Assembly: GCA_964106645.2 (NCBI GenBank)
Contig: OZ067049.1
DNA: 64,000 bases
Reading direction: 5' to 3' (one strand)
Source: Podarcis pityusensis
Taxonomy: Eukaryota
In this document: piece by piece, positions 24,233 to 36,100 of the stretch
How the letters are laid out: each line of letters starts with the position of its first letter
Position numbering within the stretch: the first letter of the stretch is position 1
Notes under the pieces: generated by a model
What the model saw: the letters and a program-made list of their open reading frames with translations, nothing else
What the model was told of the DNA's origin: nothing
The model's database searches: none
Position numbers and translations under genes: made by a program

Positions 24233-25681
24233 TCACTCCAGGCCGTTCCGGTGGCCGGGCTCGGAGGCCTGCAGCAGCTCCGGGGAGTGGCAGGGCGGGC
24301 TGCCGGGGGCGCTGTGCTCGCTGTCGGTGTCGCTGCCTTTCTTGCCGCCTCCCGAGCCGCCGCCGCCTCCGCCGCCGCCTCCTCCCGCGCCGCCTCCGCT
24401 GTGGGTCTTGACGTGCTTGCTGAGGTGGTCGCTGCGCATGAAGCGCTTGTTGCAGACCGGGNNNNNNNNNNNNNNNNNNNNNNNNNNNNNNNNNNNNNNN
24501 NNNNNNNNNNNNNNNNNNNNNNNNNNNNNNNNNNNNNNNNNNNNNNNNNNNNNNNNNNNNNNNNNNNNNNNNNNNNNNNNNNNNNNNNNNNNNNNNNNNN
24601 NNNNNNNNNNNNNNNNNNNNNNNNNNNNNNNNNNNNNNNNNNNNNTGTGCAGGCCTTTCCTCCTCAGGCTGGCGCCGGCGGGGCCTAGCCGCTCGGCCTC
24701 CTGGCAGTTGGGGCAGTCGCAAGTGGCGCGGCCCGAGTAGCGGCGCGCCGAGGAGCGCGGGGAGCCGCCTAGCGGCGCGGAGGGGCCCGCGCCCAGCATG
24801 GAGCCTCCCGCGCCCGCCGTCAGGGGCGACGGCGACGGCTCCGGGTACGAGCCCGGCAGCACGGGCTTAAATCCGTCCATGAGGTGCTGCCCGGCGGGGC
24901 TCAGGAGGTGCGTCGAGGCCGCGCCGCTGCTGAAGGCCGAGTGGCCCGCCAGGCCCGAGTAATCCGAGTTGTAGGCGCCCAGAGGGGAGTGCAGGGAGCC
25001 GGCGGGGAGCCCCGCGGCGGCCGGGTGCACCCCGTTGGGGTTCTGCACGTCGAGCCAGCCGGCGCCCACGTCCCACCAGCTGGAGGCGCCCGCGTCGCCC
25101 GGGTGCGAAGGCTTGAACCACGACTCGTACGGGTGCGCCATGCCCACGCGCGGGTAGATGCCCTGCAGGCCGTCCACCGACGTGTGCACCTTGGAGATGA
25201 AGACCGGCTGGTGCGCGTCCTGCGCCCCTCCGCCGCCGCCGCTGCCTCCCCCTCCGCCGCCGCCGCCCCCCGACGGCCCGGGCGCCTGGAAGACGGAGTA
25301 GTCGTTGGCGAAGGGCGAGCCGGCTGCTGCCGCCGCGGCGCCGCTGGACGTGAGCGAGAAGGCGCTGGAACCCGGCGACCCGCCGCAGCTGAACGAGTCC
25401 GAGACGAGCGCGGCTGCCGCCGCCGCTGCTGCGGCCGCCGCCGCCGCGTGAGCCGAAGAGCCGTTTCGGGCCGAGGCTGAGACGCCGACGCCGGCCAGGC
25501 TGGAGCCCACGACGTTGCAGCTGCCCGACGACGACGACGACGAGCGTTTCCACGGGTGGAAGCCTTTGGCGAAGGGCGACGCGCTGTCCGACAGCGCCGA
25601 CGGCGAGGGGCTGGGGCTGCCGATCTTGTTGCAGGTGGCGGCGAGCATGGCCAGCGGAGTGGAGCCCAGGCGCGGTTCTTC
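24233..25681 (-). CDS. SP8: Transcription factor Sp8, main coding exon (Sp box, poly-Ala/Gly tracts, buttonhead box, three C2H2 zinc fingers, ZF1-2 masked by N)
   Basis: Acceptor ctctcccttctcgctgcag|GAAGAACCG opens the exon at 25681, giving EEPRLGSTPLA in frame with ORF 25648-24233 (MLAATCNKIG...FHPWK...CDCPNC...PVCNKRFMRSDHLSKHVKTH...KKGSDTDSEHS...PGHRNGLE*). The RLGSTPL motif and the C-terminus match SP8 rather than SP9. Confidence 0.97.
   Translation of the reverse strand, partial: EEPRLGSTPLAMLAATCNKIGSPSPSPSALSDSASPFAKGFHPWKRSSSSSSGSCNVVGSSLAGVGVSASARNGSSAHAAAAAAAAAAAAALVSDSFSCGGSPGSSAFSLTSSGAAAAAAGSPFANDYSVFQAPGPSGGGGGGGGGSGGGGGAQDAHQPVFISKVHTSVDGLQGIYPRVGMAHPYESWFKPSHPGDAGASSWWDVGAGWLDVQNPNGVHPAAAGLPAGSLHSPLGAYNSDYSGLAGHSAFSSGAASTHLLSPAGQHLMDGFKPVLPGSYPEPSPSPLTAGAGGSMLGAGPSAPLGGSPRSSARRYSGRATCDCPNCQEAERLGPAGASLRRKGLHXXXXXXXXXXXXXXXXXXXXXXXXXXXXXXXXXXXXXXXXXXXXXXXXXXXXXXXXXXXXXXPVCNKRFMRSDHLSKHVKTHSGGGAGGGGGGGGGGSGGGKKGSDTDSEHSAPGSPPCHSPELLQASEPGHRNGLE
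24462..24645. other. 184-nt N tract over SP8 zinc fingers 1-2
   Basis: Frame is preserved. Length equals 62 codons minus the 2 visible flanking bases, the expected span between GLH and PVCNK. Confidence 0.95.
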
Positions 25682-26302
25682 CTGCAGCGAGAAGGGAGAG
25701 AGGCCCGCAGGGAAGCGCGCGTCAGAATCGCCCGGGAAAGAGACCTCACGGCCAGGGTAGCCCCCCCGCGCTGCTCGGCTTGCCCGCCGATGGGGAGACG
25801 GGGGCGGCCAGGAGTCAGCCGCGCTCGAGGAGCTGCTGCCGGACGCCTCCTCGAGGCTCCCCGGAGGACATTTAAGCTCCCGTCTCCCCGCTCAAAAACC
25901 CCCGGAGAGGCTTGCTTTGAAAGGAAGCCGACGGCTTCTGGGCATGAAGCTGAAAACGCATCCCCGAGGCGAGCCGAGGAGCAGGAACGGAGGCTAAAGC
26001 CCCGTCCAGATACATCACGGGCTCCTACTGGCGACAGGGAGATGCTTGGCCAACCCCGGAGCCCCAATCCAGAGTCGCTCGGTTTCCAAAGAGTCTACTC
26101 CAGGATTTAGCCAAAACGATCCGGATTCAGATCTCTTTCCCCACCCAGCTGTCTGTAAACTTTTTAAAGGGGGTTCTTTTTCCCACGGCAGTTTCCTCCC
26201 CCCAAACTCCAACAAAAAACAACAACCCAAGAACCACCCGCCGCCACCTTTCCTGTTCACCCACAGCTAGGAATTAGATTGAGAGGAAAAGGTTTCACAT
26301 AC

Positions 26303-26565
26303 CTGCAGGAAATGACGGGCTCAGTGAAATGTTAAAGGAGGGGAAAAACAACAACAACAGGCTGTCGCAAATTTTTTTAAAAAAAGGAAGGGAAAAAAAC
26401 CTCGCAGGGAAAGAGGAGACCGAGCAAGGCAGCTGCTTTTTCCCTCGGAGCAGATAATAGAGGGAGGGAGAGGGAGAGAGGCCAGTTCTCCGGGGATACA
26501 GGAATAGCTCAGCCCAAGCTCTGGACGTGGTTCCTACTAATGCCCTTAAAACCTTTGCCTGCACG
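26303..26565 (-). other. SP8: Candidate alternative (cassette) exon in SP8 intron 1
   Basis: Minus-strand acceptor tttttttgtttttttgtcag| at 26565, weaker alternative acceptor at 26361, and donor CAG|GTATGT at 26303. Confidence 0.4.
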
Positions 26566-26798
26566 CTGACAAAAAAACAAAAAAAAGTGACTGCCCTCTT
26601 TCTTCCTCCCCCTCCCCTTTTTCCGCTTTCTTTTCTCTCGAACTCACTTGGACTTAGAGAGAGAAAGGCAAAAGAGGGAAAAAAATAAAAGCCTCAATAG
26701 GAGAGACTGATAGCCCCCGGTCAAGAGAGGGGCTACTTTAACCCTTCTCCAATCGCCAATAAAAAGGACCCAATTAAAACAGCAAAGGGGGGGGGAGA

Positions 26799-26968
26799 NN
26801 NNNNNNNNNNNNNNNNNNNNNNNNNNNNNNNNNNNNNNNNNNNNNNNNNNNNNNNNNNNNNNNNNNNNNNNNNNNNNNNNNNNNNNNNNNNNNNNNNNNN
26901 NNNNNNNNNNNNNNNNNNNNNNNNNNNNNNNNNNNNNNNNNNNNNNNNNNNNNNNNNNNNNNNNNNNN
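26799..26968 (-). other. SP8: 170-nt N tract, inferred to hide SP8 exon 1 (5'UTR, MATSLLG codons and donor)
   Basis: The exon starting EEPRLG needs the known short upstream exon (MATSLLG in mammals). I found it nowhere in the called sequence. The tract lies just downstream of the CCAAT/GC-rich promoter. Inference only. Confidence 0.6.
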
Positions 26969-27300
26969 TGAAGTGCCGCTGAGCCCGCGCCAGCCAATCC
27001 GCGCCGCCGACAGCCGCTCCGAGACGTGGCCGCGTGAGGTCATCATCGGCCCCGCCAAGCGCCTTCCGCCGCCGCCGCCGCTGCAACGAGGCGAGGAGCT
27101 CCTTTCCGGGAAGAAAGGCGCGCAGGCAGCCGCAGAGAAACAGAGAAGCTGCCGGCGGCAAGGATGCAGGCGAACGCCAGGGAGGGCGGCGAATGCACAG
27201 GCGCGCCTCTCCAAAGCGCGCCTCTCCTCGCCCTCTTCCCGCTTCAGGTTTTCCTTCCAAAGTGCAACTCTCCACGCACCAGTCTCCCTGTTCTTTAAGC
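26969..27300 (-). promoter_or_regulatory. SP8: SP8 proximal promoter (CpG-rich)
   Basis: CCAAT 26994-26998, GACGTGG 27023-27029, TGAGGTCA 27035-27042 and GCC repeats, directly upstream of the inferred exon 1. Confidence 0.7.
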
Positions 27301-29527
27301 GTCGCTCAGTTCATTGCTTGGGGGAGAGCATATTAAACCCCCCTCCCCAGGGGTTTCTCTCCCCCCCACCACCACTTTAGGAAGGCATACATAAATCTGA
27401 CAGCGCGCGCGCTCTAGGAGTTGTGGCTTTAATTTAAAGTGGATTGCTTTAGACTTCCACCAGCAGCCCGCTCCCTTGCCATTCTCCGGATAAGTCATTT
27501 GGGTGGTTCGGAAAACCCCGCTTTGGATGGAGGGAGGAACATTCCTTTCCATCCACCCACCGCCGCCCGGCACCTTCTGGTTATGTAAAGGAAGAGTGTT
27601 GTGCAAAACTGCAAAGAGCTGCAGATGTGGTTGAGAAGCCTGCGATAGGATTGCCCTCCGTTCCCCTCTCCAAAGGGCGGATTAAATCTATTTCAACCCC
27701 ATACTCTTGCGCCTTCTTTTTATATATTATTTTTCTTTATTTGCTTTGGGCGCGAGCGTTCCTCTTCTCTCTTTTGTTGCAAATTTGGGGTGGGGCGGGG
27801 AAACCCTCTGGTCTGCTGCTGGAGCGGTTGGCGAAGCGCCTCAGGTGTTGCGCGCAATCGTGTTGCGCGCAGGGTTCTTGTTTTGCCTTCGGTACAACCA
27901 TTATTAATTTAGGCAGAAGGGAAAGCACCAGTCGAGTTAAAACGTGCATTGGCGCTTCGCCCTGTCCCAATATTGATTTCAAGGTAGGAGAGGTTAATGC
28001 CAATATTAGTAAAGAGAACCGGGTTGTTTTGACTTGAGGATGTGTTTGCCTTGGACGTCCCCGCGTCCTTAGATCAGCTTTGTAGCCGAGATCCCAAACA
28101 TTGGTGTAAGACTAATGTGGCAGATTCTCTTTTTTCCTCCCCAAAGGCTGGGTGGGGGTGATGGACACCCCTTTCTAACGCCCTATGCTTATTGACTGTA
28201 CATCATATCTATTGATTAAGGGGTAACGCGCATTATCATACTTCGAAGTAAGGAGTGAAGTAAATTAATGAACTGCTTTCTTTCTCTGAAGGCTGATGGT
28301 TACCATAAATGTCGTGTTTCTCTCCGCGAGCTGCTCTGAATGATTTTAGCCTGTTGAGAAGGCGTGACAGGCCAGCCCAGGAGGAGGAAGGGGTGGGGGA
28401 AGGAGGGAACTCCGTTTAACAAATAAAAAAGAATTAACTTCATTGCTTTGGTCTCCTTCTGTAATGATATTCATTTTAAAGACCTAATGCACACTTGTTT
28501 AAATTTCGGATTTAAACTGAATCAATCCTATCCTTGACCCCCCCCCACCACAAAAGGGGGGGGGCGAGTGCATGTGAAAGAAAACGCGTTTTACGGGAGA
28601 GCCCCTCACGTATGAATGAATGGCGATTAGCTTTATCTGTTGCCTTTATCCACTGTGCACCAGAAGTGTAACTATTAAGACATATTGGCAGATTCCACCC
28701 CCTCCTGAACAAGCAGGCAATACCTTTCCCTCGAAAAAGCAGAGGGTTAGAAGCGCTTGGCGTAAAACGACGGTTTTGCGTTGCCTCTCCACAGCTTTGG
28801 AAACGACAACAAAATTAATTACAGAGCAGAAACTCGTTAGGGGAAGAGGACCAGTGAAAAACTCCTTTTCTTCCTTCTCTGATTTTCTTTATGTCTTGGG
28901 GATATTTATTCTGACGGAAATGGTTATTTATTTCCAGATGGCTTTAAACATGTTGCTTAGGTAGATGTCTTTTCTTATTTTACTTTTTTATTTACTTACT
29001 TTCTGATTTACGGTCGGAAAACTATGAGGCGGCATATGCCCAGGTTGGCAAGGATTTGCAAAGGGTGTCGGTGGAACTATTCCAAACATACGGTCGGGAG
29101 CTATAATTTTTTTGGGGGGAGCAAAACTCCACCGTATCCTGGTTCTTTTTGACACCTCCCAAAAAAGTTAGCGAAGGCAAGCACTCCTGAACTTGGGGGG
29201 GGGTGTCGATTTTTATCCACTTTTGACCCTCACCCGGTTAACATCTGGCCTTCCCCCTCGTATGTAAATCGCTTGCTAGCTCCCGGAGCTTGAGGTTTTT
29301 ATATCGGCCAGCTCACACCTTAGACGGTTGCAGTTCTTATATAAAGAAAGCGTTCAGGTATCTGGAAGGGCCGGCAACTGGGGAGGCTATTCCCTCCGCC
29401 CTTTCCCCCGCGTGCACCCACAGAAATTAATAAAAACTCGCCACCCACCCACCCCGTGATGCGCAGGGTTTAGAGAGATGCGGTGCGTTTTTTCTTGCAA
29501 ACCTGTAGCATCCACCACTCTGGGTTA

Positions 29528-29731
29528 NNNNNNNNNNNNNNNNNNNNNNNNNNNNNNNNNNNNNNNNNNNNNNNNNNNNNNNNNNNNNNNNNNNNNNNNN
29601 NNNNNNNNNNNNNNNNNNNNNNNNNNNNNNNNNNNNNNNNNNNNNNNNNNNNNNNNNNNNNNNNNNNNNNNNNNNNNNNNNNNNNNNNNNNNNNNNNNNN
29701 NNNNNNNNNNNNNNNNNNNNNNNNNNNNNNN
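29528..29731. other. 204-nt N tract about 2.6 kb upstream of SP8
   Basis: N run with unique, enhancer-like flanks. Confidence 0.95.
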
Positions 29732-30745
29732 ATCTGTCTCATCCGTGTCGCTCCCTTTATTACAGTCTATGATGGATAGTCTCCCAGATTAATTTCTCTG
29801 TTTCTTCGATTTGGACAACAGCTTTGGGGACCTAATTTACATCCTGGGAACAACTTGCACAAGTCTGCCCTCGCCCTGAGCCTCCTAGCGCGGTTCAGAG
29901 AGCCATTAGGAATCCCACCGCTTGAGACGGAACTGGATCGGGGGTGGGGGCGGTTTAGCCGAAACCCTCCCCAAAACAAAAGCTTTCTTCCTAGCGGGGC
30001 CCTGGCGATCAGGAGATAAATAAAGCAAGAGATACGACGAGGGCCTGTAGGCAGCGAAGAAGAGGAGGTGGGGGTGATGTTGTGCGTGTGTGTTTCGATT
30101 TGATCAAATGTAAAGTGGGTGAAACCTGGTCACTTGGCCGAATCGATTCTTGTCAGCGGCTCATCCGCAAAAACCGACGAGTGTTTTTTCCAAGTGCCAC
30201 GATCCTTGAGTGACCCTTGCTTTTACGCAGAGGCGTAAATAGCGCAGAGGCGCCAGGATCTCTCGGCAGTGGATCCCCACAGCATGTTTACCTGAGAGCA
30301 AGGCCCGCTAAGCTTAGCACGCGCACCGTAAAGCCAAGGAACCCGTGTTTTCAAGCTGGTTTGTGGAGTTCACACGTGGTCTTTTAATGCGTGAACGGAA
30401 AGGGGAAACAGACAATTTTTAAGTAAGAAGGCTGGGAGGGGCGGGGAGAAGATGTCAAAAGTGTGCCAGCTCCTTAGACAGAAGGCACTGAGGTTTGCCA
30501 AGCCGATCGTTGCACGGCTGTTGGTGAAGAAGACCTACTGTTGTTGTTTTAAGGAGTCCCATTGAGTGAAATGCTCTTTCCCCACCCTTACACACACTCA
30601 CCTCAGCGGCAGTTCCTGTTGGTCTTAAGTACGTACAGTGAACGGGGAAACGTATATTAGAGTCTCCGGGGTTTATGGTCCAAGTTTGTCCATCTGATGA
30701 GAAAATATGGATATTTTTGATTGTTTAAAATTGCAGGTTCAGCCT

Positions 30746-30792
30746 TCTCTCTCTCTCTCTCTCTCACTCACACACACACACACACACACACA
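30746..30792. repeat. (TC)n(CA)n compound microsatellite
   Basis: Direct reading. Confidence 0.9.
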
Positions 30793-33117
30793 ACCACCAC
30801 CACCATACTGGGTGTTTGCTGTTGTTGTAACCTGGAAGAAGGCATTTTGTTTGTTTTTTAAATGGGATTGAGTAACGAGCCAGTAAAATGGAAAGTATCA
30901 ACAAACACCCCAACAGCTAAGAGAATAGTCACTTTGTCGCGATAAGGCAACGGAGCAAGGTGTGTGTGTGTGGACACCCAAACTGGTGACTGGTCGTGTT
31001 ATTACTTTTGCCATTCATCACTTAAAAAAAATAATCTCGAAAAGCAAGCACATCGATTTCACCTGGCTCACTTGCTTACAATTTCTCCCATTGAATCTAT
31101 GGGACCGCAGCAACGACAAAAGGTGCTTAACTTTGGCTAGATGGAAAAGCTCTTGCTTAATTGTCATCTCCAACTTTCCATTTTCTGCGGAATTTGTTCA
31201 GTACCCAATTAGCTAAAGCGCTTTTGCCTAATTGCACATCATATCGTGGTCTTAATGCAGCCCAATTCGTTGTTATAGGGGTGCAACGCTGAACGCCCCC
31301 CCTAACCCACACCATACTGATTTTAAAAAGAGGTGCGCTCATTTCCTGCGCGCACAGCAGCGGTCTTCTCCCTGTCCAAAAATGCTGCACATTTTCGCAC
31401 CCTTCCTTAGGCTTTCCTTTTCAATATCTCGGGATCACGTCGTCTTCGCCCGGTTTAATTTCAGCTGGGTTGGCTGTTGCTCGACCTCTTGGACGAACAC
31501 AAGGGAGGAATGTTGGTGGGCGGGGCGAGGGACAAGAGGGTCACTAACGGAGGAGGTGATGGCCTTTAAAAAAACTGATTGCACTTCTTTAAAAGAAGAA
31601 GAAAGAAGTAGGCACTTTTGCACCTTTGAAGCAAGTGCAAGGATTGGTTCACTTTTCTTAGGGACAAAGTGTGACTGCCCAGGGACCCTCACACTTTGCC
31701 GCAGCCCTCGCTCTGAAATGGTGCCGACCCGACTGTAGAAGAGAATCCACGTGAAACACGAGGGGGAGAGAGGTCCACGCTGCTGCGTACACACGTGTGT
31801 GTCCTTGGGGCTGAGCGGAGGGGAGAAGGGGAGGCAACGGGCTGCCTCCTTCCTGATCAAACCAGAAGCGTCCTCAAAAGCCCCCTCCCTGCTCCTGTTT
31901 ACGCAGCTTCCTTCCTCAGACATCCCCCCCACCACCACTTTCACCCTCTTATATCTCACTTTCTTACGGCGCGGTTAAAACCTACTAAATCCGTCTCCTG
32001 CGCGTTATTGATTTTCTTTTGCTGTCTTTCTCTCGCGCGCTGGAAAAGAGACGAGGAGGAGGTCAACTCTCCAGATTACCCTGCATCTCCTGCAGACGGA
32101 TTATCCCGCATCGCCTTGGCGAGACCCGTTGACAGTTTGAAATCGCGCTTCCCCCCGAAGATAAATGTGACTTGAGAATTGCGCTTAATTGCAAATAATC
32201 TGGGAGGGCTGGGGGTAGTAGGTGGCTGCGGCGGCGGGGGTGCCGCCGTTGTTTGGAAACACCCATGTGTTGGAAAGAGAAGGAGCACTTTCACCATCGA
32301 GGGGCAGCTCCCTATAAAAAAAAAAAAAAAACCCAGGGGCTGGGTGGGTAGGTGGGTGCGCGTGGGGATGTACCTGCGGCGTGACCTGGCCACTGCAGTG
32401 CGACCTCGTCCTCGCCCCTAGCGCGAATGTGGTCTGATTACGCACGGGGGGGAAATGCATTAAAAGACAGGTCGCCACCGCCAGCAGTAGGAGTCACGCT
32501 CTGTAAGATTACATAAAAGCAGGAACATGGAACATTTCCGGGGATGGGGAAGGAGAGAGAACAGGCTCCTCTATCCAGAGAAGTGACAACCTGCCCATAA
32601 ATCCCGGCGATCAAGTGCCAGGAGTCTCAAATAAAGACGCTCCCGCATTACGCCAGCCAGGATCCTTTGCAAGCTTCTTTCTCATCCCGAGAATCCCAAG
32701 GTCGAGCTTATTGTTTTACCGTCTTCCCCGTAATATAACGGCAACCTCGTTTGCCTCTCGGGCTCCAGGTTGCCCCCTCGCCCAGCTGAAGCAATTTGGC
32801 GAGGAGTGTGCGTTTGCGGTTGCGAGAGAGAGGGAGAGAGTGGCCATCAGGTTATTCTCTTAGCCTGACCTGGCTTTAAGAGGGAGATGAGCAGCGCTGA
32901 ACAGATGTCCCCATTTGAGCCATTCTTTTCCCACATGCTTAGTGGAGATTGCCATCGCTTAGGAAGCTCGCTTCAAACCTGGCCCATTATGGGCAAGTTA
33001 TTCTGGACCACTGAGCACGAACAAAATGGGCTTCAGATCGCGTGCTTTAGAATAATTCCAGGCCAGGAAAAGCCAAACCAAAAAAACGCACGCACAAGAA
33101 CCCCTCCATTTAAAAGA

Positions 33118-33196
<79 letters not shown>
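33118..33196. repeat. (TG)n(AG)n compound microsatellite
   Basis: Direct reading. Confidence 0.95.
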
Positions 33197-33198
<2 letters not shown>

Positions 33199-36100
33199 CG
33201 GACGGCATCAGGAAAAACTTATTCAAAGGATCATCCCACCCCCTGCACATACTGCCGCCGCCGCCGCCACCATCACCAACACCATGCCGACCCCCCCTCC
33301 GATTTCAAATCTCCTCCCTTTACAAATATGGTATAATTTACAGAGCAATTTAATAATCCGAGGGGCACTGCAAAAAAACACAACAAAAAGGGAGCCCTTT
33401 TGCGTTGTAAAAACCTCTTCTAATTACCTGCCAGAGCAATTAGCTGACTATCACGAAGAAATTAGATCGCTCAATGTAGCATAAATAATGTGAATAATTT
33501 CGTAAGGCGAATGGAAAGCGAGACCTGGCGTTTCTTTATAAGGAAATAACACGTCGTCCTCAACCAGCCCTCCATGAGCACGTATTAATGTCTAGGCATG
33601 TATGGCAAAGAAACCGGACGTGACCCCCCCCTCCCAGCACAGTAACTCTGGCTCCGATTCAGCGCTCGCTCGCTCTCCATTTACTGGGGGGGGGGGGGCA
33701 GAGAGAAAGAGAGAGAAGGGGAGAGTGAGAGAGGCAAGTCGGCTTCCAGGCGTTTAGATTCAGAGGCTTCCAGATCACAGTAATTAACACAGAGCGACTT
33801 CAATAGGAAAACCTGTTTTCCAGATGATTTTTACAATGCGGCTTTATGTCTCGTTTGGCAGTTTTCGAGAGCTGGCCGCTTTGCTCGCCTCTCATCTGTT
33901 GAGCGGTTTGTGTGTGTATGTGTGTGCTTAAATGCCCAGACCCAAATTTGAGAGATGCATAGATATTGTGGCGGAATTTTTCTTTTCCCCCTCTTTCCCT
34001 CCCTCACTGAAGAGAAACACTTGGGGGAGTTTCTTTCTCCGACTGGGGGCCATTTATGGTGATGGTGCGTCCCAGGACAATTCTGTTAACTGAGTTCCTC
34101 TTTGGTTCTGGGATTGTCTTTATCCCATTGGAGGGGGTGTGGTATGCGGGGAGTTCCTCTCCCTTTCTCTGCTAGGAGGGACTCTCCCCCACTTTTGCCG
34201 CAGGGCAAAAGAAGAAGAACGCCAAGGACAAAACAACCACCAAAAACTAGACAAGCTTCCAGCATCACATCTACACTCACTTCCCCCCCAACACACACAC
34301 CTCCGATTCGCTTGTATTGCCCCCAAAGCCGTCTATAATCTACACAGAAACCTCAAGAGCACTTTTGCAGAAAATAATTGACTTTATTTAAAGGCAGAAA
34401 GGGTGGACGCTGCAGTGCGTTTGCTCGTTCCTCTTGAACGTATGAATACCCAAATCTAGTGGTGTAAGGAGGTGGTCTGGGAATTTAGCTGTTCAACGAG
34501 AAAATCCCGAAATCTCTCCTTGGCTTAACAAGGAGAGTGCAAAATAGGTGTAGGCACGATTTGAAGTTGGCGGGCTTTCTTTGTCCATTTTATTCGCGCA
34601 GTTGGACTCTGGCACAGCCGAGCCACGCAAATGAACGGGTCACACTTGCAGATCGGATCCTTTGGTTGGACAAAGGCATTAAACACCCTGTGGTGGGTGT
34701 CCTATATTTGGAATCACCTGAAAGAAACAGGGGGAAACACAGTTATTTTTAATGCAGTAGGTTGGCTGTTAAGGTTTAACCGATTAATGGCTTTGGAGAA
34801 AACAAAACAGTTAAAGATACAGTATCTTAGCAGAGAGGGTACCTCGAAGCCATTGATTTAATAAAGATAACAATTACTCGCTAATGCGAACGAATAATTC
34901 ATTAGATCCTTCCCACCCAGCCTCTTTTCAAAGGCTTCGCCTGAAGGAAGAGAAGCCCATGGTTGATTTCCAAAAGGCCGTCAGAATATCCTTTTAGCCG
35001 GATACAATTCAGGTTCAACAGCAATTCAACATCCACGTTTTTCAGCCTGTGACAAAAACCGTCCATCCATTCACTCCAGATTGCAATCCTAAATAAAACA
35101 ACAAAACAACAAAAAACGCACTTTCTCGTGAGTAAGTCTAATTGAACTCAGCGGGGCATAATTAGAATCGGGTTGCACTCAAGGTAGGTAGAGGGAAAGA
35201 GAGATCTCTTTATTTATTTGCAACATTTCCTTTATGTGGGAACGCGCAGGCTGCTGAGCTACACTAAGGTCAGGCAAAAGCAATTCTGTGTAACTGCAAA
35301 GCTTCCATAGGCTTCTGTGCCAACAGAGGCTGAGCCAAAAAAGTGCGCGGGCGAGAGAGAAGGCTTAGCTACAAATTGCTCAACTGTGAATCTAAACTGC
35401 TGCTGTTCCATGATTTCTATAATGCCGCAGCCCTTATCCAGCTCTCTCGGCCTGGCACAAGCCCTGTCCAAAAGGAGCAAATGCTTAACGATCCCGACTT
35501 ATCAGTTCATTAGAAACGGCTTGGTAAATCCAGGAAATAAAATTGCCGCGGTCATTTTAGGCCAAATTCGGCAGACCCTTAATGGAGCGGAACTGGAATT
35601 GAATGGGACTGGAGCGCAAGGGGCGTTTTGCTCTGTTAAAGACCACAGCATGCCTTCTACTGAGATTCGGGGATTAAACGTCTATTTACCAATGAGATCA
35701 CGTCGAATCTTTTCAGCTCCGTCGGAGCTAATCCGAAATCGCTCCGTTGGCGTCAACGGGAGTCGCTCCGGAGTTGCTCCGGAGTCGTGTTCCAAGTTCT
35801 GTATTGTGTTGATCCTTAGGTACGTGTATAGTCCTACAAAGCTTGCCCGCATTCGGGTGTTTGTTGATCCTTTCCCTGGTCTCGGTTACCCTTAAGGGTA
35901 TGAAAGCTTTGCAGTGACACAGAACTCTTTTCACCTGCTTCTCTCAGCTGCTAAGCCTGCAACGTTCCTGCATTCATAGAAGTGCAAATAACAGCACTTT
36001 CGACCCCAACTCCTACAACAATGTTAATACTGAGATTCCTGGATGGCAAACAATGGGATTCAACAAGGTGCCTATTGACTTCTCCTGCACTTCGGGAGCC

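Larger units (their letters stand above)
23880..26100. promoter_or_regulatory. CpG island over the SP8 coding exon and 3' part of the intron
   Basis: Very high GC and CpG density, visible directly. Confidence 0.85.

Noticed and set aside
24233-25681. SP9 or SP7 as alternative identity
   Set aside because: EEPRLGSTPL and the ...HSPELL...GHRNGLE C-terminus fit SP8.
24021-26110. Long overlapping ORFs in other frames and on the plus strand (e.g. 24901-26067, 24867-25553)
   Set aside because: Shadow ORFs of the GC-rich SP8 exon; Arg/Pro/Ala-rich with no recognisable domain.
33120-33484. ORFs with CVCV/ERER repeats
   Set aside because: Translation of the microsatellite.
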